Source: Antechinus flavipes (Eukaryota). Taken from it: a stretch of DNA of 64,000 nt. Positions within the stretch are counted from its first letter, which is position 1, and every line of letters begins with the position of its first letter. A model generated the notes under the pieces. That model was not told the DNA's origin. It did not search any database and saw nothing but the letters and a program-made list of their open reading frames with translations. Below, one piece after another: positions 1-18,339 of the stretch. The DNA is taken from NCBI RefSeq assembly GCF_016432865.1, contig NC_067401.1:189286001-189350000 (forward strand), given 5' to 3'. The position numbers and the translations under genes are program-made.

Positions 1-181
1 CTTTTGGAGGTTTTGAGGGCAAATCAGGATGGGATGACATAGTACAAGCAGATAATTGCAGACGGAACAATTAGACTAATCATTGTATCAGTTTGGTTTA
101 CTCATTTCTTTAGTTACACAGAGGTTTCTATGGGCTGAAAGAGACGAAAAAAATAAAATAAAGGTGTCTATAAAAAACCTA

Positions 182-5219
<5,038 letters not shown>

Positions 5220-5560
5220 GGTGACTCCGGAACGTCAACCCGCTCCGCCTTCCAGAGCTCGGACACGAGTGGTCTCCGCAGCGATTGCAAAATCCACGGC
5301 GTAGGCGCGTGCGCTCGGGAGGGAGGTTCCTCCTCTCTCCGGAAAAAAAAATCGAGCAAGGAGGGGGAGGGGCTCCTTAAGGCCCCAAAGCACAAAGCCG
5401 GTAGCCCCTGGAACCCAACATTTCCCTGCCGAACCTACGGAAACGAGCAGGAAACGGCAGTTAACGAAAAGGGAACTTTCGTAGGGCTAAGAACAAGCAA
5501 AACTTCCGGTTTTTAAGTCCCGCTCTGCTTCCTTTCTGGCTGCTCCCTACGGGCTTGGAG
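5220..5560 (-). promoter_or_regulatory. DHX16 CpG-rich promoter/5'UTR with an ETS (GABP-type) site
   Basis: CpG-dense from about 4790 to 5520, directly upstream of ATG 5219; ACTTCCGG at 5502-5509. Confidence 0.7.
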
Positions 5561-6249
5561 GTGCTATAGCAGACGTAGAGGAGTTACAGACTAGGCTGGG
5601 AATCATCTACTGAGAGGAAGAGCAGGAAGGATAGATGTCTAGGACTTCCCAACAAGAAGAGACAGTTGAGAACCAGAATCTGAGAAGAGCTGGAAGTATT
5701 AAGCGACTGCCTCTTTGGTCCGTGCTGGGAGAAGTGCCTCCTGGATGGAATTTGAAGGAAGGATGGGATTTTCTCAAAACATAACTTTGAAATTTAGTGA
5801 TGCCCAAGAGAAAAATCCCTAAATCTCACACTGCCCCACTGACAGAAAGGAAATCTCAATTAGAGACCAGACTATAAAGTTTTAAGAGATTAGAGTTATA
5901 AACATCTTGCAAGATCGAGGGCTTGGGTATACTGAATTTTGTATAATTGAATCAGTAGTTGCATGTATTCTAGATCAAGAAGCTAGGACTTGTTGTTATC
6001 TGAACATAATCTTGGAGAAGTCACAAGCTCTCTAGACCTTAATTTCAACAAAAAAAATTCCAAATCTTTTTATTCTTGCTAAAAACTCCAAGACTCCCTC
6101 TTTCTCTCATCCACTCTCTTGATTTATATTTCATTGGAGGGGGAGGGGGAGGAGAGAAAAGGCTGTTCATAGAGCGTGACCTGCTGTCACTATCTCCTTC
6201 ACTTCTTTCTTACATAGATAGCTGTACTCTTAATTCTTAAACCACTCTA

Positions 6250-7625
6250 CTAGCTGCTTCCCTACTTCCTATACTCATACCCATGTTGGCTCTGTCCTCC
6301 TTTGATCCATCAATTCTCCTTTTTTGAGGCTATACTCCTTCAGAAACTTGTCTACAATGGGTGCTTTCACCTCCTTTCCTCTCATTCTTAACTATTTACA
6401 GCCTAACTACCATCTTCATCATTCAACCAAAACTATTCTCTCCAAAATTACCAGTGATCTAGTGGCCATATATAGTGGTCTTTTCTCAGTCATATTTCTT
6501 GACATCTCTGGAGCTTTTGACACTGTTAATCTCTCAAGTTTTTGTGACTATTTTTTCCTGATTCTTCTACCAGTATGACTGCTCCTTCTCAGTCTCCTTT
6601 TCTGAATCCATTGAGGGGAGTAATCATTGTGAAGAAGAGGTCCACATTCCTCAATACTAATTGTTTGACCAACCACCACCAAGAGTCAGATGGGTCTTAG
6701 GAATGGCAACATCTTTTAAATCACAGGTCCTGTTTCAAGCCTGGTCTTTACAACTATCATCTTGGGAAGCAATTTCTATGATAAAAGTTAACCATCCTCA
6801 TAAACTACCAACCAACTGCCACACAGGGCAGCTGGTAATCCAGGTAAAACAGCAGGGCACCTTGAGAGAAAACTAGGAAGCGGTATGTATCTGGCAAATC
6901 AGACTATCATCACAACCTTGACCAACTTCTTTCAGAACCTGATGGGCACAGTCCAAGATCCTGGACCCGAGAGTCTTGGTAATATCAATGTTTTTAACCT
7001 AGTATCGTCATCATCTTGGGAAACAACCCTGCATAGATGCAGCCTGACCACTACTCCTGTAGGCTACTGGACCCTCTCCAGTGCTGGAAGACTCAGGATT
7101 CTTGTCTCCAAAATCCTGGATGGTTCAAAATGGTTCAAAATCGTTAAACTATGATTTTACCAGTGATATGACATTATAATCTGCTTTGGCTCCCTACTTT
7201 TCATGTCAAATATAAAATTCCTTGGACTGCAAAGCCCTTAATATCTTCTCCTACCCTTTTTGGTCATCTTATGTTAAAATCCAACAATAGTTGACCACCC
7301 TGCTATTCCTCAAAAAGGCACTTCATCACCAGATTCTGGGCATTTTCAAGAGCTGCCCCAGTCCTGGAATTCTCTTCCCTTATCTCTGCCTCCAGGTCAC
7401 CCTGGCTTCCTTCAAACTCCAGATAAAAATTCCACCTTTTATGAGAAGCCTTTCCCAGTCCTCAATGCTAGTGCCTTTCCTTATCTCCAATTTATCTTCT
7501 GTCTCATTTGTACACAGTTGAGCTCCTTGAGAGTAGGAACTATATTTTTTAAACTTCTTTTGAATCTCCATTGCTTAGCACAGTACCTGGCACAGAATGT
7601 GTAGGTGCTTAATAAATGTTGGTTT
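6250..7625 (+). mobile_element. Old L2 LINE fragment (RT remnant plus 3' end), interrupted by an unclassified insert at about 6620-7160
   Basis: ORF 6324-6578 contains FLDISGAFDTVN (L2 RT motif LDLSAAFDTV); typical L2 3' end GCTTAGCACAGTACCTGGCAC...GGTGCTTAATAAATGTT at 7573-7620. Confidence 0.7.
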
Positions 7626-8032
7626 TTTTGTTCATAAAACGAGGAAGATTGAATAAGATGAACTAATGAGGGCCCTTCCAAGTTTATAGTCTATTCCTTT
7701 TGGAGACAACTACAACAAAACTCTCCGCCACTCTTCTTTGGGCTATTCTGAAGAGGAAAGTTTGGGGTTTTTTTAATAGCTATTAGTGGAGGGGATCAGG
7801 AACACTTTTCCTTCTTTTCAGTTCCTCTTTCTTGATCTTTTTTTTCCCCAAAGCTATTTCCCCTGCACAGAAGTCTCTTGCTCTGCTTACAATCAATAAA
7901 GCTGAAAAAGAAAGTTTAATTTGTTCCCTAGAAAATGAAATGCCTTTCCCTTCCCCCTGAATATGAAAAAATGGCTGCCCACCCTATAAATTACTCATCA
8001 GAAGAATGAAAGGTAGCCAAAGAGGCTTCCTT

Positions 8033-8038
8033 TTTATT
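8033..8038 (-). terminator. Probable PPP1R18 poly(A) signal
   Basis: AATAAA on the minus strand about 870 nt downstream of the stop codon. Confidence 0.5.
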
Positions 8039-8902
8039 ATGGAAAAATAAAAAAAAAGACAACAAAGAAATTTGAAGTAGGACCTCATTAGGACCCTCCT
8101 GTGTCTTCAATTTAATTCTGAGTCACTGGAAGAAATACAAAAATTAACTACAAAGGAGGAAAGGATTGAGGTCACCCTGATCAAAATAATACTGAACAAG
8201 GCAAGGATAGGGAGGCTAGACATTCAAGAAGAAAGCCAAGCTCCAAACAGTACAAGGCAAATGAGAGGACTGCTCACTGGCTGAACTATGGTTATAGTTA
8301 GGTTGGCATATATAGATAGGCATGGTTTGCAAACCTGGTACTTTGGCTGAGTGAGCTTGGGAAAATGGAATCTGTAAACATAAGTGGGTGGAAACCCAAA
8401 AGAGAAAAGTAGTACATCTATAGAGGAGATAGATGCACCTGTAAACAAAAAGAGGGAATTGAGGACCAGACTTCACAAGGCAGGGTAGCCTGCACTTAAC
8501 TAACCTGGGGGTGGGTTGGCTTGTTGGCAGGGTAGAGTTATTAGCAAGGGACAGTGATAGAAAGTTCTACCATTCATTACTTAGTAGGCTTTGCCCCCTT
8601 CTATAGGGAGTTTGGGTTCTTTGGTTCACAGGAGACACTAAGCCAAGGCCCTCTCCTTTCACTGAAAATGTCTAGGACACATTGAACAAATGTCTGAATC
8701 TGTGATAATGAGTGGGAGGGCAGAGGTGGGCTCGTCCCCTGACACAGCATCAGGAAAGTGAAGTAGAGAAGGAAGTGCGTGGGATTTCTCCTTCCTGACA
8801 GTTCATTTTATGGCATTTGTCAGCACAGCAACTTCAAAGAAGGATGAAAGATTGATCTTCAACGCTCAGGAGTGAGAAGCTCTGCCCTCCCTGTTGGAAA
8901 GG

Positions 8903-11900
8903 TCACCGGCGGCAGGACTCATCTGTGTGGTACAAGAATAAGTAACACAATGATTTTTGTGTCCTACCCCATCCCCTCTCCCACCAGCTTCTTAGCCACT
9001 TTCTCAGGGGAAAGGACATTGAACAATAGAGCCAAAAGTTCTAATCTTGGCTTTGCCATTAACTAGATGTGTGAGTATGGATAAGCCACAAAAACAAATT
9101 TGCATTAAATGACCCCTGAATTCTCTTTCAGCTTTGACATTCTATATATCTATCAATCAAGCATTTATCAAAGTACTTATTATGTACCAAACGTTACACT
9201 AGACAAAAGTTTTTAACATTTTTGAACCATCATAGTAGGCGCTTAATGTTTCTTAATTTATTATAGACTGATAAACCTTTTTGCCAATAGGATCCTTTCT
9301 CAACATAACATTTATAACTGAAAAAATACTAAAGAGGTTAGAAAAAATGCAAATTTTTTTCCCATTCAGATTCAAGAACTGAAATCTGTTTATAGATCCC
9401 AGGGTTAAGAGCTCTTTGACAGTTGCTAAAACAGTTATTGCCTTCAGGGAACTCTCATCACTAGATTACTTTCTACTTCTAGGTCCCAGCCCAGCTCTAA
9501 AAATGCCCCAGGGCTCCAAAGATCACAGTCCTCTCAACTTCCCCCACCTAATATCCCCTTAGATCCCTGAGCAGCCTTTCTCATAACAGACACCAGATGG
9601 CAACCTAGGCAAGCTTGATAGTCATCACCAGGTGGGGGGAACTTACCTACTAGCAAAGCCTTGGTCTGCAGTCCTCCCTGTAATTCCCTTTGCAGTAGCA
9701 GCAATTCCTCTTCATCATCCTCTTCATCTGGCAGGGATGGGGAGGGATCAGGAGTACTGGGGGCCTCAGGCTCAGGGCCCAACTCTTCCAGCACAGAACT
9801 CTCAGAAGGGTACTGATAAGTGGTTTCCAGGGCTGACTCATTAAAAGAAATTTTGAGCTAAGACAGAAGGAAAGGAAGAAAAGAAAGTAAAGCCAGGAAA
9901 CCCAACATAAATAAGGGGGAAATGGGAGAGGAGGGCATTGGACAGGTGATATCTACTACTGATTTGATGGGCTGGGCTTGGACCTCCACATATTTCCTCC
10001 CCAAAAGCATAATTTCTCTCCACTTTTACTCCCTTACACAATATGTTTCTTTCCTCTTCCCAGAGGAACCTTAGTCTTTGGCCTTCCAATCCCATATTTT
10101 TCCCTTTCGGGACACAGGCTCTTTCAGACATTCTGGGAGCCACTGTGGTTAACTGTGTTACAAATTTTGAATTTGGAATCTGGGAATCCTGGTTCTTCCA
10201 TCTACAATATCTCTGTCAGCTTGGGCAAGTTGCTCTAGATCTCTGAAGGAATTGGACTAGATGATTCTTGAAGTCCCTTCCACTACTATAAAGAACCCAT
10301 GACCAAAGTCACTTGTTCTACCAATTTGTAACTTCTCCCTACAAACTAAAGGACCTATGGGAATTATATTTGTCTCTATTTTCCTAGGTGATGAGGGCAG
10401 GATCAAAAATAGGGTAAGAAGAAGTAAGAGAAAAAGACCTTCCCTAAGTATGAGGCAAAGAGCAAAGAACACATCAGTAACCTTAGATCACTTTCAAGAG
10501 GATCCTTGACTGATAGGTCAGAGAACCTATGACACAACATAATGGTGGAAGAGGTTTGGACAAGCAGAGTGAGCACAAGAGCAGACCCCAAAGATAGAAA
10601 ACCTCATTAAACCAGCACATGTGCAGACTAAATCTTAGTTATTAAAAGCTGAGCTCTTCACTCCTCCTTCCCCCATAAGAAGCTCAGAGCAAGGGAGAGG
10701 GAGGGATTAATGCTGAAGCTCACAGAGATTAAGGGGCAAAACTAGGGAAACTCTAAGAACCATTTCTAGGCTCTTCAAGGAATGAATTCAGAAAACTATA
10801 AGGTCTGGCAACTTAGATACTTAGGTGCTCTTGAGAAGAGTGGAACACATCGAGGAATATGGTTGAGAACTATATATTTGGGGGTGAGGATAAGAATTTA
10901 GAACACTAGATTTGGGGTCAGGAGACCTGGGTTCAAATGCTAGCTGCTTTTGTAACCTTGGACAAGTCTCTATGTATGAAAAAGAGGGGAATCAGAATAG
11001 ATGATTGCTAAGTTCTCTTTCAACTACAATTCTATGAACATCGTCTTAGATAGAGGTAAATAAGGGGATCAGATCAAGCCCACAGTCTAATGGCCAAGTG
11101 GTTGTCAATAGAGGCCTTGAGGGCCATGCTGTGGGATGCAATCATCCCCCCACCCCTAGCTCCCAGGGCAAATTAAGTATATTCCACTTTTTTTTTGATA
11201 GACAAATATGGATCTGTCAAAAGGTTGTCCAAACTCTATTTAAATCCATTTTTATTTTCTGCCTATATCATCTGCAGGCTTAGGTATTTTATATTTAATC
11301 TGTTATCCTCTTTGGGAGATAAAACATCCTTTTATTTATCCAAAATTCGTCCTTTCCTTTCTTTGGTTGTCTTCCAGCCCCCACCCTCTCTGACTGGGTG
11401 GCTCAGGAATGCACATGGCTCTGGGGGTGATTCATTCTTCTCCCACCAGCTATTTAAGGTCACAAGGGGGCCTGGTGAGAGTATAGGCAGGACCTTCTCT
11501 TTGAACCTCTGGGAAGAGGAGATAGGGTATCCAATCCCCAGGAGTGGACTGTATTATATGAGGATAGGATTTATAACTGGATAATGGGGAAGATGAATTT
11601 GTTGGAATTAACTGAAATCAATGGGTATTGTTTAGAGAAAGCAATGGGATAGGGAAGATTTGGAATTTGGGGCCAATCCTTTAGTCACTACTAGGATGAG
11701 AAATGGAAACTGGATTGTTCAGTCCCTGAAGAAAGCAAAATCTTCATTGGGAGGAGGCAGTGAAGAAAAAGGGATCTAGAGAAGGTTAAGCAGCCAGATG
11801 TCTGAGTCCCACCCTTTTAAAGAAAACTTTTTTCTCCCTTCCCCCCCTTTCTACTAGACCAGGCTTCCTTCTTCTCACACCACATCCTGAGTAGCACAGA

Positions 11901-14900
11901 GCAGGGCCTAGGCATGCAGCCCAGCCCCCTACCCCCATATACACCCCCACCACACTTGGCCCCATTAGACTTCCGGTTCCACCCTAGCCTTCCTGTTTGG
12001 ATGTTCATTGCTCCCCTATACCAGGACCTAGGCATATGTCCCATTTACTGTCTCCTTCAGCTTTTTTGCCCCTGCCATCTACTTACTAGTTCCCTTCCAG
12101 AAATTAGACTTCTAACCAGCTGCAAAAACCTAGTAGAAACAGTACTACATTTTGGATTCATAAAATCTGGATTGTAGTCGTGAGTCTGCCATTTACTCTC
12201 TAACCTTAAGCAAATCACTTAATGGCAGAAGCTCTCTGAACTTCAGTTTACTTATCTTTAAACTTATACTGGGGCCATCCAACTTCTGTGATTGCTATGG
12301 GGGAAAAGCTCTAACAGATTTTGTAAACCTTTGTATAAAATGTTAGCTTTCCCTACCTCTAAGCTGATACAATGTTAATTGCAATAGGATGTTTTGGTAA
12401 AGACATCCCAATCAGAAGAGGCACCTCTTATATTTGAGCCTCAAATCATTCTTCCTGAGGTTTTCCTTAGTCCCTAATATTCCCAGAACTGTGAGGGTAG
12501 CAGACCCTTTTTCTTCACTCCTGTTACCATTCCTTGCCTAGACTCCAATTTCCTACTCCTGTTCCCACTGTCAAAATCTTGGCAGGTTAGATTTCTTTAC
12601 AACTTCTTCCTGAAAACTCTATGTGAAGTTATTTCTTCCATTTAGCAGAACATTTTCTCCACTTCCAGGACCCCCAAAGAGCTCATCTCCCAAACTATCA
12701 GCATCCAACAATAAGACCTTCATAGTCAGAGGAGCTGAGATTGGACTTCCTAAGGAGGCAGTGGTGTTGGAAATGGGTCCAGCAATACAGAAAGATGATC
12801 TGTGGGGTGAAGTAGTCCTTAGATTGAAACCAATCCTATTTCTAAAAGGATATTTCCCATTACCCATGAAAGATTGTTTTCTTACTTAGTAACTATGTAA
12901 CCTTGGGCAAGTCACTTAACCTTTTAAAATTACAAACATAAAACTTTAAATCTGTTAAGTGGGAATAATGTTTACTACCTCACAACAATAATGTAGAGAA
13001 AGAAGTTCATGAATCTAAAAGCAATATATAAATGCGAGATTATTATAACAAGAAAAAATAAAAGTTATAGCAGGAGAAATCATGATACTTACTGAAAAGG
13101 ACTTCCAAAACACTGACAAAAAAAAGAAAAAACTGGTGGAAAGTTCTTATCCTTGAGATATCCAATTGCCTGTCAGCTTTCATATTCTATGATTCTGTGA
13201 CTATCTCTTAGGACAGAAATTAGTTGGTCTGGATTAAGGAAATGACTTTCCATGTTAGGGATGGGGAAGAGGAAGAAAAGGGATAGAATGGATGGATAAC
13301 CCTTAGGAAAAAGGAGAGATGCCTTAGCTAACCCCACCCCACCCCCAATCCTGACCTAGTTTTTTCCCACTATCTGAAAGTTCTTCCAGAAGTCTCTTCT
13401 GTTGGAAGTAAACTATTTTTACCCTTCACCCCAGGAAATGCTTGTCAGTGAAATAGGGTGGGAAAGGGTAGGGCTCCCAAAACTCGCTAGTGATATCCTC
13501 CAACTAGACTCCACTCCTCAACCCCTGCCTTCTCAACTTCACTCTTTGACTTACTTCAGTTATTTTCCACCCTAAAGGGAGGGCGAGGCCAGAGTGGAAA
13601 GCCACAGAGAGGAAAACCAGCTACAGAGCCAGATCTGGGGAGAAAGGGAAATCCCAGAGAAGGAGGGAAGGGTGAGTATGGGGAGTATTTTGGAGAAGCT
13701 CTTGTCTTCAAGAGAAAAAAGGAATTACTGTCCATGGCTGGGGCACAGCTGGCATGTCCAACCCCAGGGTCATCAGCTACAAGCAGTCACTGTGTCTCTG
13801 ACTCACCCCAGGGGCAGATTTAGGGTTCAAGGGCCTTCTCTGAAACATTCTATTTTCTCTGCTTTCACTGTACTCTTTATGCTCTGCTCTATAACACTAG
13901 CCTATATCCTCAACCCAAATCATTTCTTTTACTCTTACCTCCAGGATTAAGAAAACCTCAATCAAAATTCCCATCTCTTTTTAGGGTATTGATTTCCGAT
14001 TCCTGGGGAAACTACCTCCCAAAAAACTTTTTTATTCTTTCCCTAAAATTAAAATGCAATTTTCTTTTACTGTTTCACATCTGGATTAAAGGTTGAATTC
14101 AACCCACCTTTTTCTGTCTGGTGGAGTCAACAGATCCTCTCTTCCCCTAGAGTGGGGAGAAATGAGCAGATGCCCATACATACCCTACCAAAGAATTCAT
14201 TTTGGCCAGGAAGAATTCACTGCCTAAGAGGAGAGAGAGAAAAAAGACCCACATCCAGAGACAGAGACGGACTAATATAGAGACCATGAGAGATGAGCTG
14301 TTTTCTTAGGAAAAGATGACTGGAAAGGGGGATAAAGGAGGAAATGGGAAGACACAGTGAAATAAATGTAAAGAGAAAGGACATTAGAGGAAGAGAGACA
14401 AAGCCAGAAGCCCAGAGAGAGTTGGGGAATGGGAGTTCAAAGGGGCCAGGCTAGACTTTCCTACCTGTTTGTGGTGTCTCTCAGGGGACCCCTTGGCAAG
14501 GCAGCTTCGGCTGAGTCGGAGGTAGCCCCCAAGCACCAGTATTTCCTCAGCAGTGGGGTACCGCTTCTTCCCAGGGCCAGAGATCTGGGGTTCAGGTGGG
14601 GCAGGGGCTCCAGAGGGCCCAGACCTTCGTGGGTTAACTGTGAAGGTGTGTCCACTGCGGCGGGGAGTCCCTACCCCAGGCCCAGGTTTCACCCCATAGA
14701 ACAGGCGACTCATGAGCAGATCCCCTGGGGGCTGAGGAGTTGGTGGGGTAGAAGGTTGGGGAGATACTGCCGGTGGGGGCTGAGGTTCTGCTGCTTCCTC
14801 TTCCTGAGGCCCTAAACCTTTGGTCCCAACTTCCTTGGGTGGGAGGGGAGAGGTTACAGAATAGTGACTTCTATGGGAGCTCACCATCCTGTTTCCAACC

Positions 14901-16111
14901 CCAGCTTCCTCCACAGCAGCCCCTATCCTCCCTTCTTTAGCTTCTCTCCCAGGCAAGGGCAACTTCTGATCTCCAGAGTCTGAATGCACCATCTTCTGCC
15001 CTGGAGCTTCTGATCTCTCAAGGCTCCACTCTCGAGTCTTCCCAGAATTCAGTCTCCATTTCCGTATTTCCATCTGTTGAGAGCTCTTCTCTACATTCTC
15101 TATTGGATTCAACCTCATTTCTGCTGCCTCCATCATTCCTGGGGTTCGATCCTGAAACTCACCAGGACTTAACCTACACCTTTGTGTCTCTAAAAGTCCT
15201 GAATTTTCCTTGGATTTCTTCTGCATTAGTCTCTGTTCTGTCCTGGATTCCCCCAATCTCCCTTTGCTTTCTTCTCTGGAGTTTAACCTCCATTCTCGAG
15301 TCTCCAATAGCTCTAGACTCTGTCCATGAACTTCTTCGCAATTCAACCTCCATTTATGTATCTCTGTCATCCCCAGCCTCTGTTCTCCATGGTCTCCATA
15401 GCTTAACCTACATTCTCCCACTTCAGACCCCCCAGAAGTCTGTTCTTGAGGTTCTACTGGATTCACATTTCGTTCTCGACCCTCCCCAGGGCTCTTCTTC
15501 CATTTTTGTGATTCAGATAGTACCGAGCTCCTCTCCTCACTTTCCCTAGGACTTAAACTCCATTCCAAAGCCTCTGCAGGCCTAAAACTCTGCTCTTGAA
15601 CTTCTGCTACCCCCAGCCTCCTATCTACAGGCTTCCTCAGGTTCAGCCTCTGCTCTTGAGACTGTCTTCCTACCAGACTCTGTTCCTGAGCCTCTGCTGT
15701 GCTGAGTCTCTGTTCTCGGACTTCCACTCCCCCTGATATATGTCCTCGACACTCAGGTGGCCTCCGATCAGTGAGCTGCTCTTCGGCACTCTGATGCTGC
15801 TGCTGTTGCTGTTGCTTCCGCTCTTGGCGCTCTTGTCGGATAAAGCGATTCTGGTGGACAGGTCCAATGGCCTCCAGAAGGACAACAGGTTCATCAGGTT
15901 CAGAAAGTACTGTCTCTATAGCCTCATTCCCAGGACCTGGTTCCCCAACTGGCATTCCTAGCTTGGCACGGCGTCTCTCCAACAGCCCTCGTTTCCAGGC
16001 TGGCATCTGCAACAGTCGATCCTTCTCAGCTTGCTCCCGGCCTCGAACAGCAGCCTCCTCTTGTCTTCGCTTGGCTAGTAGTTGTTGCTTCCAATCTGGG
16101 ACAGTAGCCAT
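8903..16111 (-). CDS. PPP1R18: Phostensin, PP1 regulatory subunit 18 (about 625 aa); coding exons 14465-16111, 9647-9857, 8903-8922
   Basis: N-terminus MATVPDWKQQLLAKRRQEEA, actin-binding segment GKKRYPTAEEILVLGGYLRLSRSCL, PP1-docking LKISF, and C-terminus DESCRR-stop. GT-AG junctions are in phase; total 1878 nt. Confidence 0.96.
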
Positions 16112-16729
16112 GGTCCCAGTGGGACAAGAAAACTGGAGGGTAGGAGATGGAGCAGTGAGAGAGTGTCAAGAAGAAAGAAGTGGTTTAGAGTTATAAGGAG
16201 TACCAGTGGGGCAGAAATGGAGAGGGGAAAAGTGGTACAGAATTTGCCTGGGAATACAAGGAGGAATAAAGGAAGAAATAATCCTCTGCGAAGAGGGTAA
16301 GATGGAGAGGCTAAGGGAAGAGAACTGCTAGAAAAAAATGAAAATGGAGAAATTAGAGGAAATACCAAGGAACTGAACATAAATGCAGGGGAGAGAAAAA
16401 ACTGAAAGATATAACGGAAGGGAAGAATGCTTGGAGAAAAGGAGGAAAAAAGTCAAGATAGAATATTGGGGTATGGGTTAGGATGACAGAAGGTTAGAGA
16501 GAAGAGGAAAAAAGGCAATTTGGAGAACCAGAGGAAGGAACCAAGTGGAGTGGCTAGAGGGAGAAATATGGAGGGGAAATATGGAGGTTAGGGTAATTCC
16601 TAGCGTGTGGGATGAAAAAGCAAAGCCATGGTGTTGGGGGTAAAAAGGGTGAAGGAGTGGACACGGAAAAAGAGCGGTAAAGGTATATAAAGGTATGGGG
16701 GAAAGGGTACGAGGATAAGGGAGGAAAGA

Positions 16730-17960
16730 ACTGTGCAGCAGAACTGCCAGTCAGCCTGGCCCCTAGCAGACTCTAGCTTCCCCTCCAACCTCAACCAGCC
16801 ATGCCCCTCCTATCCCGGGCCACCCCCTCCACTCGGCCCATGTGCCCCGCCTCTCGGGGCGGGTCTGGGAAAAGACGATACCCGGGGACTTAAGGAAACC
16901 CGAAGTCCAGACACCCAATCCCTTCTCAGAACCCAGAAGTTCACTTCTCTCCTTCGCCTATAACCCTCATCTCCAATGTCCAGCGCCGGTACCAGCCCTC
17001 ATCAGTTAGGAATCTGGGCGTCCTCCCCACCCCTCATCCCCAGACTCCCTCATCATTCTAACTCGAGTATCGAGATGTGGTCCCTGACCACTCTCGCACT
17101 CTATTCCCACAGTCACTCCCTAGACAAAGAACATCTTCCAGTCCGAAGAAGGAGTGGAAGGAAAAAGGGTAGCGGTCGAAGGTGATGGAGGGGGACCACC
17201 TTTCCCCTAAGTATGAATTGCCCCCACCCCCAACTCACGTCCAGTAGGATCCCTCGCAGGAGGGAGGGGGTAGGTGATCAAGAAGGCGTCTGGAGAGAGA
17301 AAGGAAAAGGAAAAGAGCGAGCGAGGGAAGAGTTGGAGATGGGAGGGAGAAGGAGAGACAGACCCAAACGGGGGGGGGGGGGGAGGGAGAGAGGCGGGAT
17401 GGGGGCGGCAACCGCTTTGAGAACAATGGGGAGAAAGAAGGGGGCAAGAGGCGGAACCCGTAGCAAGGGGCGGGGCCTTCCACCTCCAGGACCCCTATCC
17501 GTTTTTTTCCTGGAAAGGACTTTCTAATACGCAGCCCCCTAGCTCGCCACTTAATTCTTCAATGGGACCTAAGATTCTAGTCCTCAGCCTCACACAGCTT
17601 TCCTCTCCTTCGGCTGTTCCGTTCTTCGGACCCAGGTGTTCTTTCTACCCAACTTCATGATTCTCCACCCCCCAATCTTTCCGCCCTCCTCTTCCCCGGT
17701 CCTGGGCGGTGGCCCGTGACTCAGGCCCCTCTGGGGACCCAGGGAGGAAGCCGCAGCAGCTGGGAGTTGTCCTGCCCAATCCCATCCCCCCTTCACAGCT
17801 CCCAGAGCTTTTATTATAGATAGGATCGCCTGGTCATTACTGCCGGGCAGGAAGGGTGTCGCTTGAAAGAAATGGGGGTGGGGGCAACGGGGGATCCGGG
17901 TCAGACGGTGGAGGTGGAGACTGGTGAACGAGTGCTTGGCTTTAAGGGTATCAGGTTCCA
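16730..17960 (-). promoter_or_regulatory. PPP1R18 GC/CpG-rich promoter and non-coding first-exon region (exon limits not resolved)
   Basis: CpG-rich with GC boxes and G-runs (17370-17410), upstream of the acceptor at 16133-16134 that precedes the ATG exon. Confidence 0.55.
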
Positions 17961-18333
17961 CCTTTCAACAGCCCACCCGACCCAGAAGTCAATCAGGTGT
18001 TGGCGGCCAGTATGCTAGTGAAGGAAGTAACTTAACATCCCTTTATCCTAAAGGCGAGTCTAGGACATCCTCAAAAAAGTAAGAGGGCAGGACCTTGTCA
18101 GATGGTCGAAGCACAGTGGCCACAGGAGGGAAGTGAATGCATTTGCTTTCTTTGCACTCTTTCCCCACCACCATTTTGTAGCTACTGAGACAGTTGGCCT
18201 TCCACCTACCACTGCGCTCTTCCAAATTTCAGTTCTATTTTCTTAGAATCGAGACAAGACATCCAGCTAAATAAACCAGAGATAAAACACTTGTGGCCAT
18301 AAGGAGCATAGGAAGAAAAACCATGGTGCTTGG

Positions 18334-18339
18334 ATTTAT
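18334..18339 (-). terminator. Probable NRM poly(A) signal
   Basis: AATAAA on the minus strand about 810 nt downstream of the stop codon. Confidence 0.5.

Noticed and set aside
11440-11490. TATA-like/ROR-like TATTTAAGGTCA followed by a GTGAG donor-like motif, antisense in the PPP1R18 intron
   Set aside because: Short motifs with no supporting exon structure; cannot be told from chance.
14429-16196. Plus-strand ORFs overlapping the large PPP1R18 exon
   Set aside because: Antisense shadows of a real coding exon with no independent homology.
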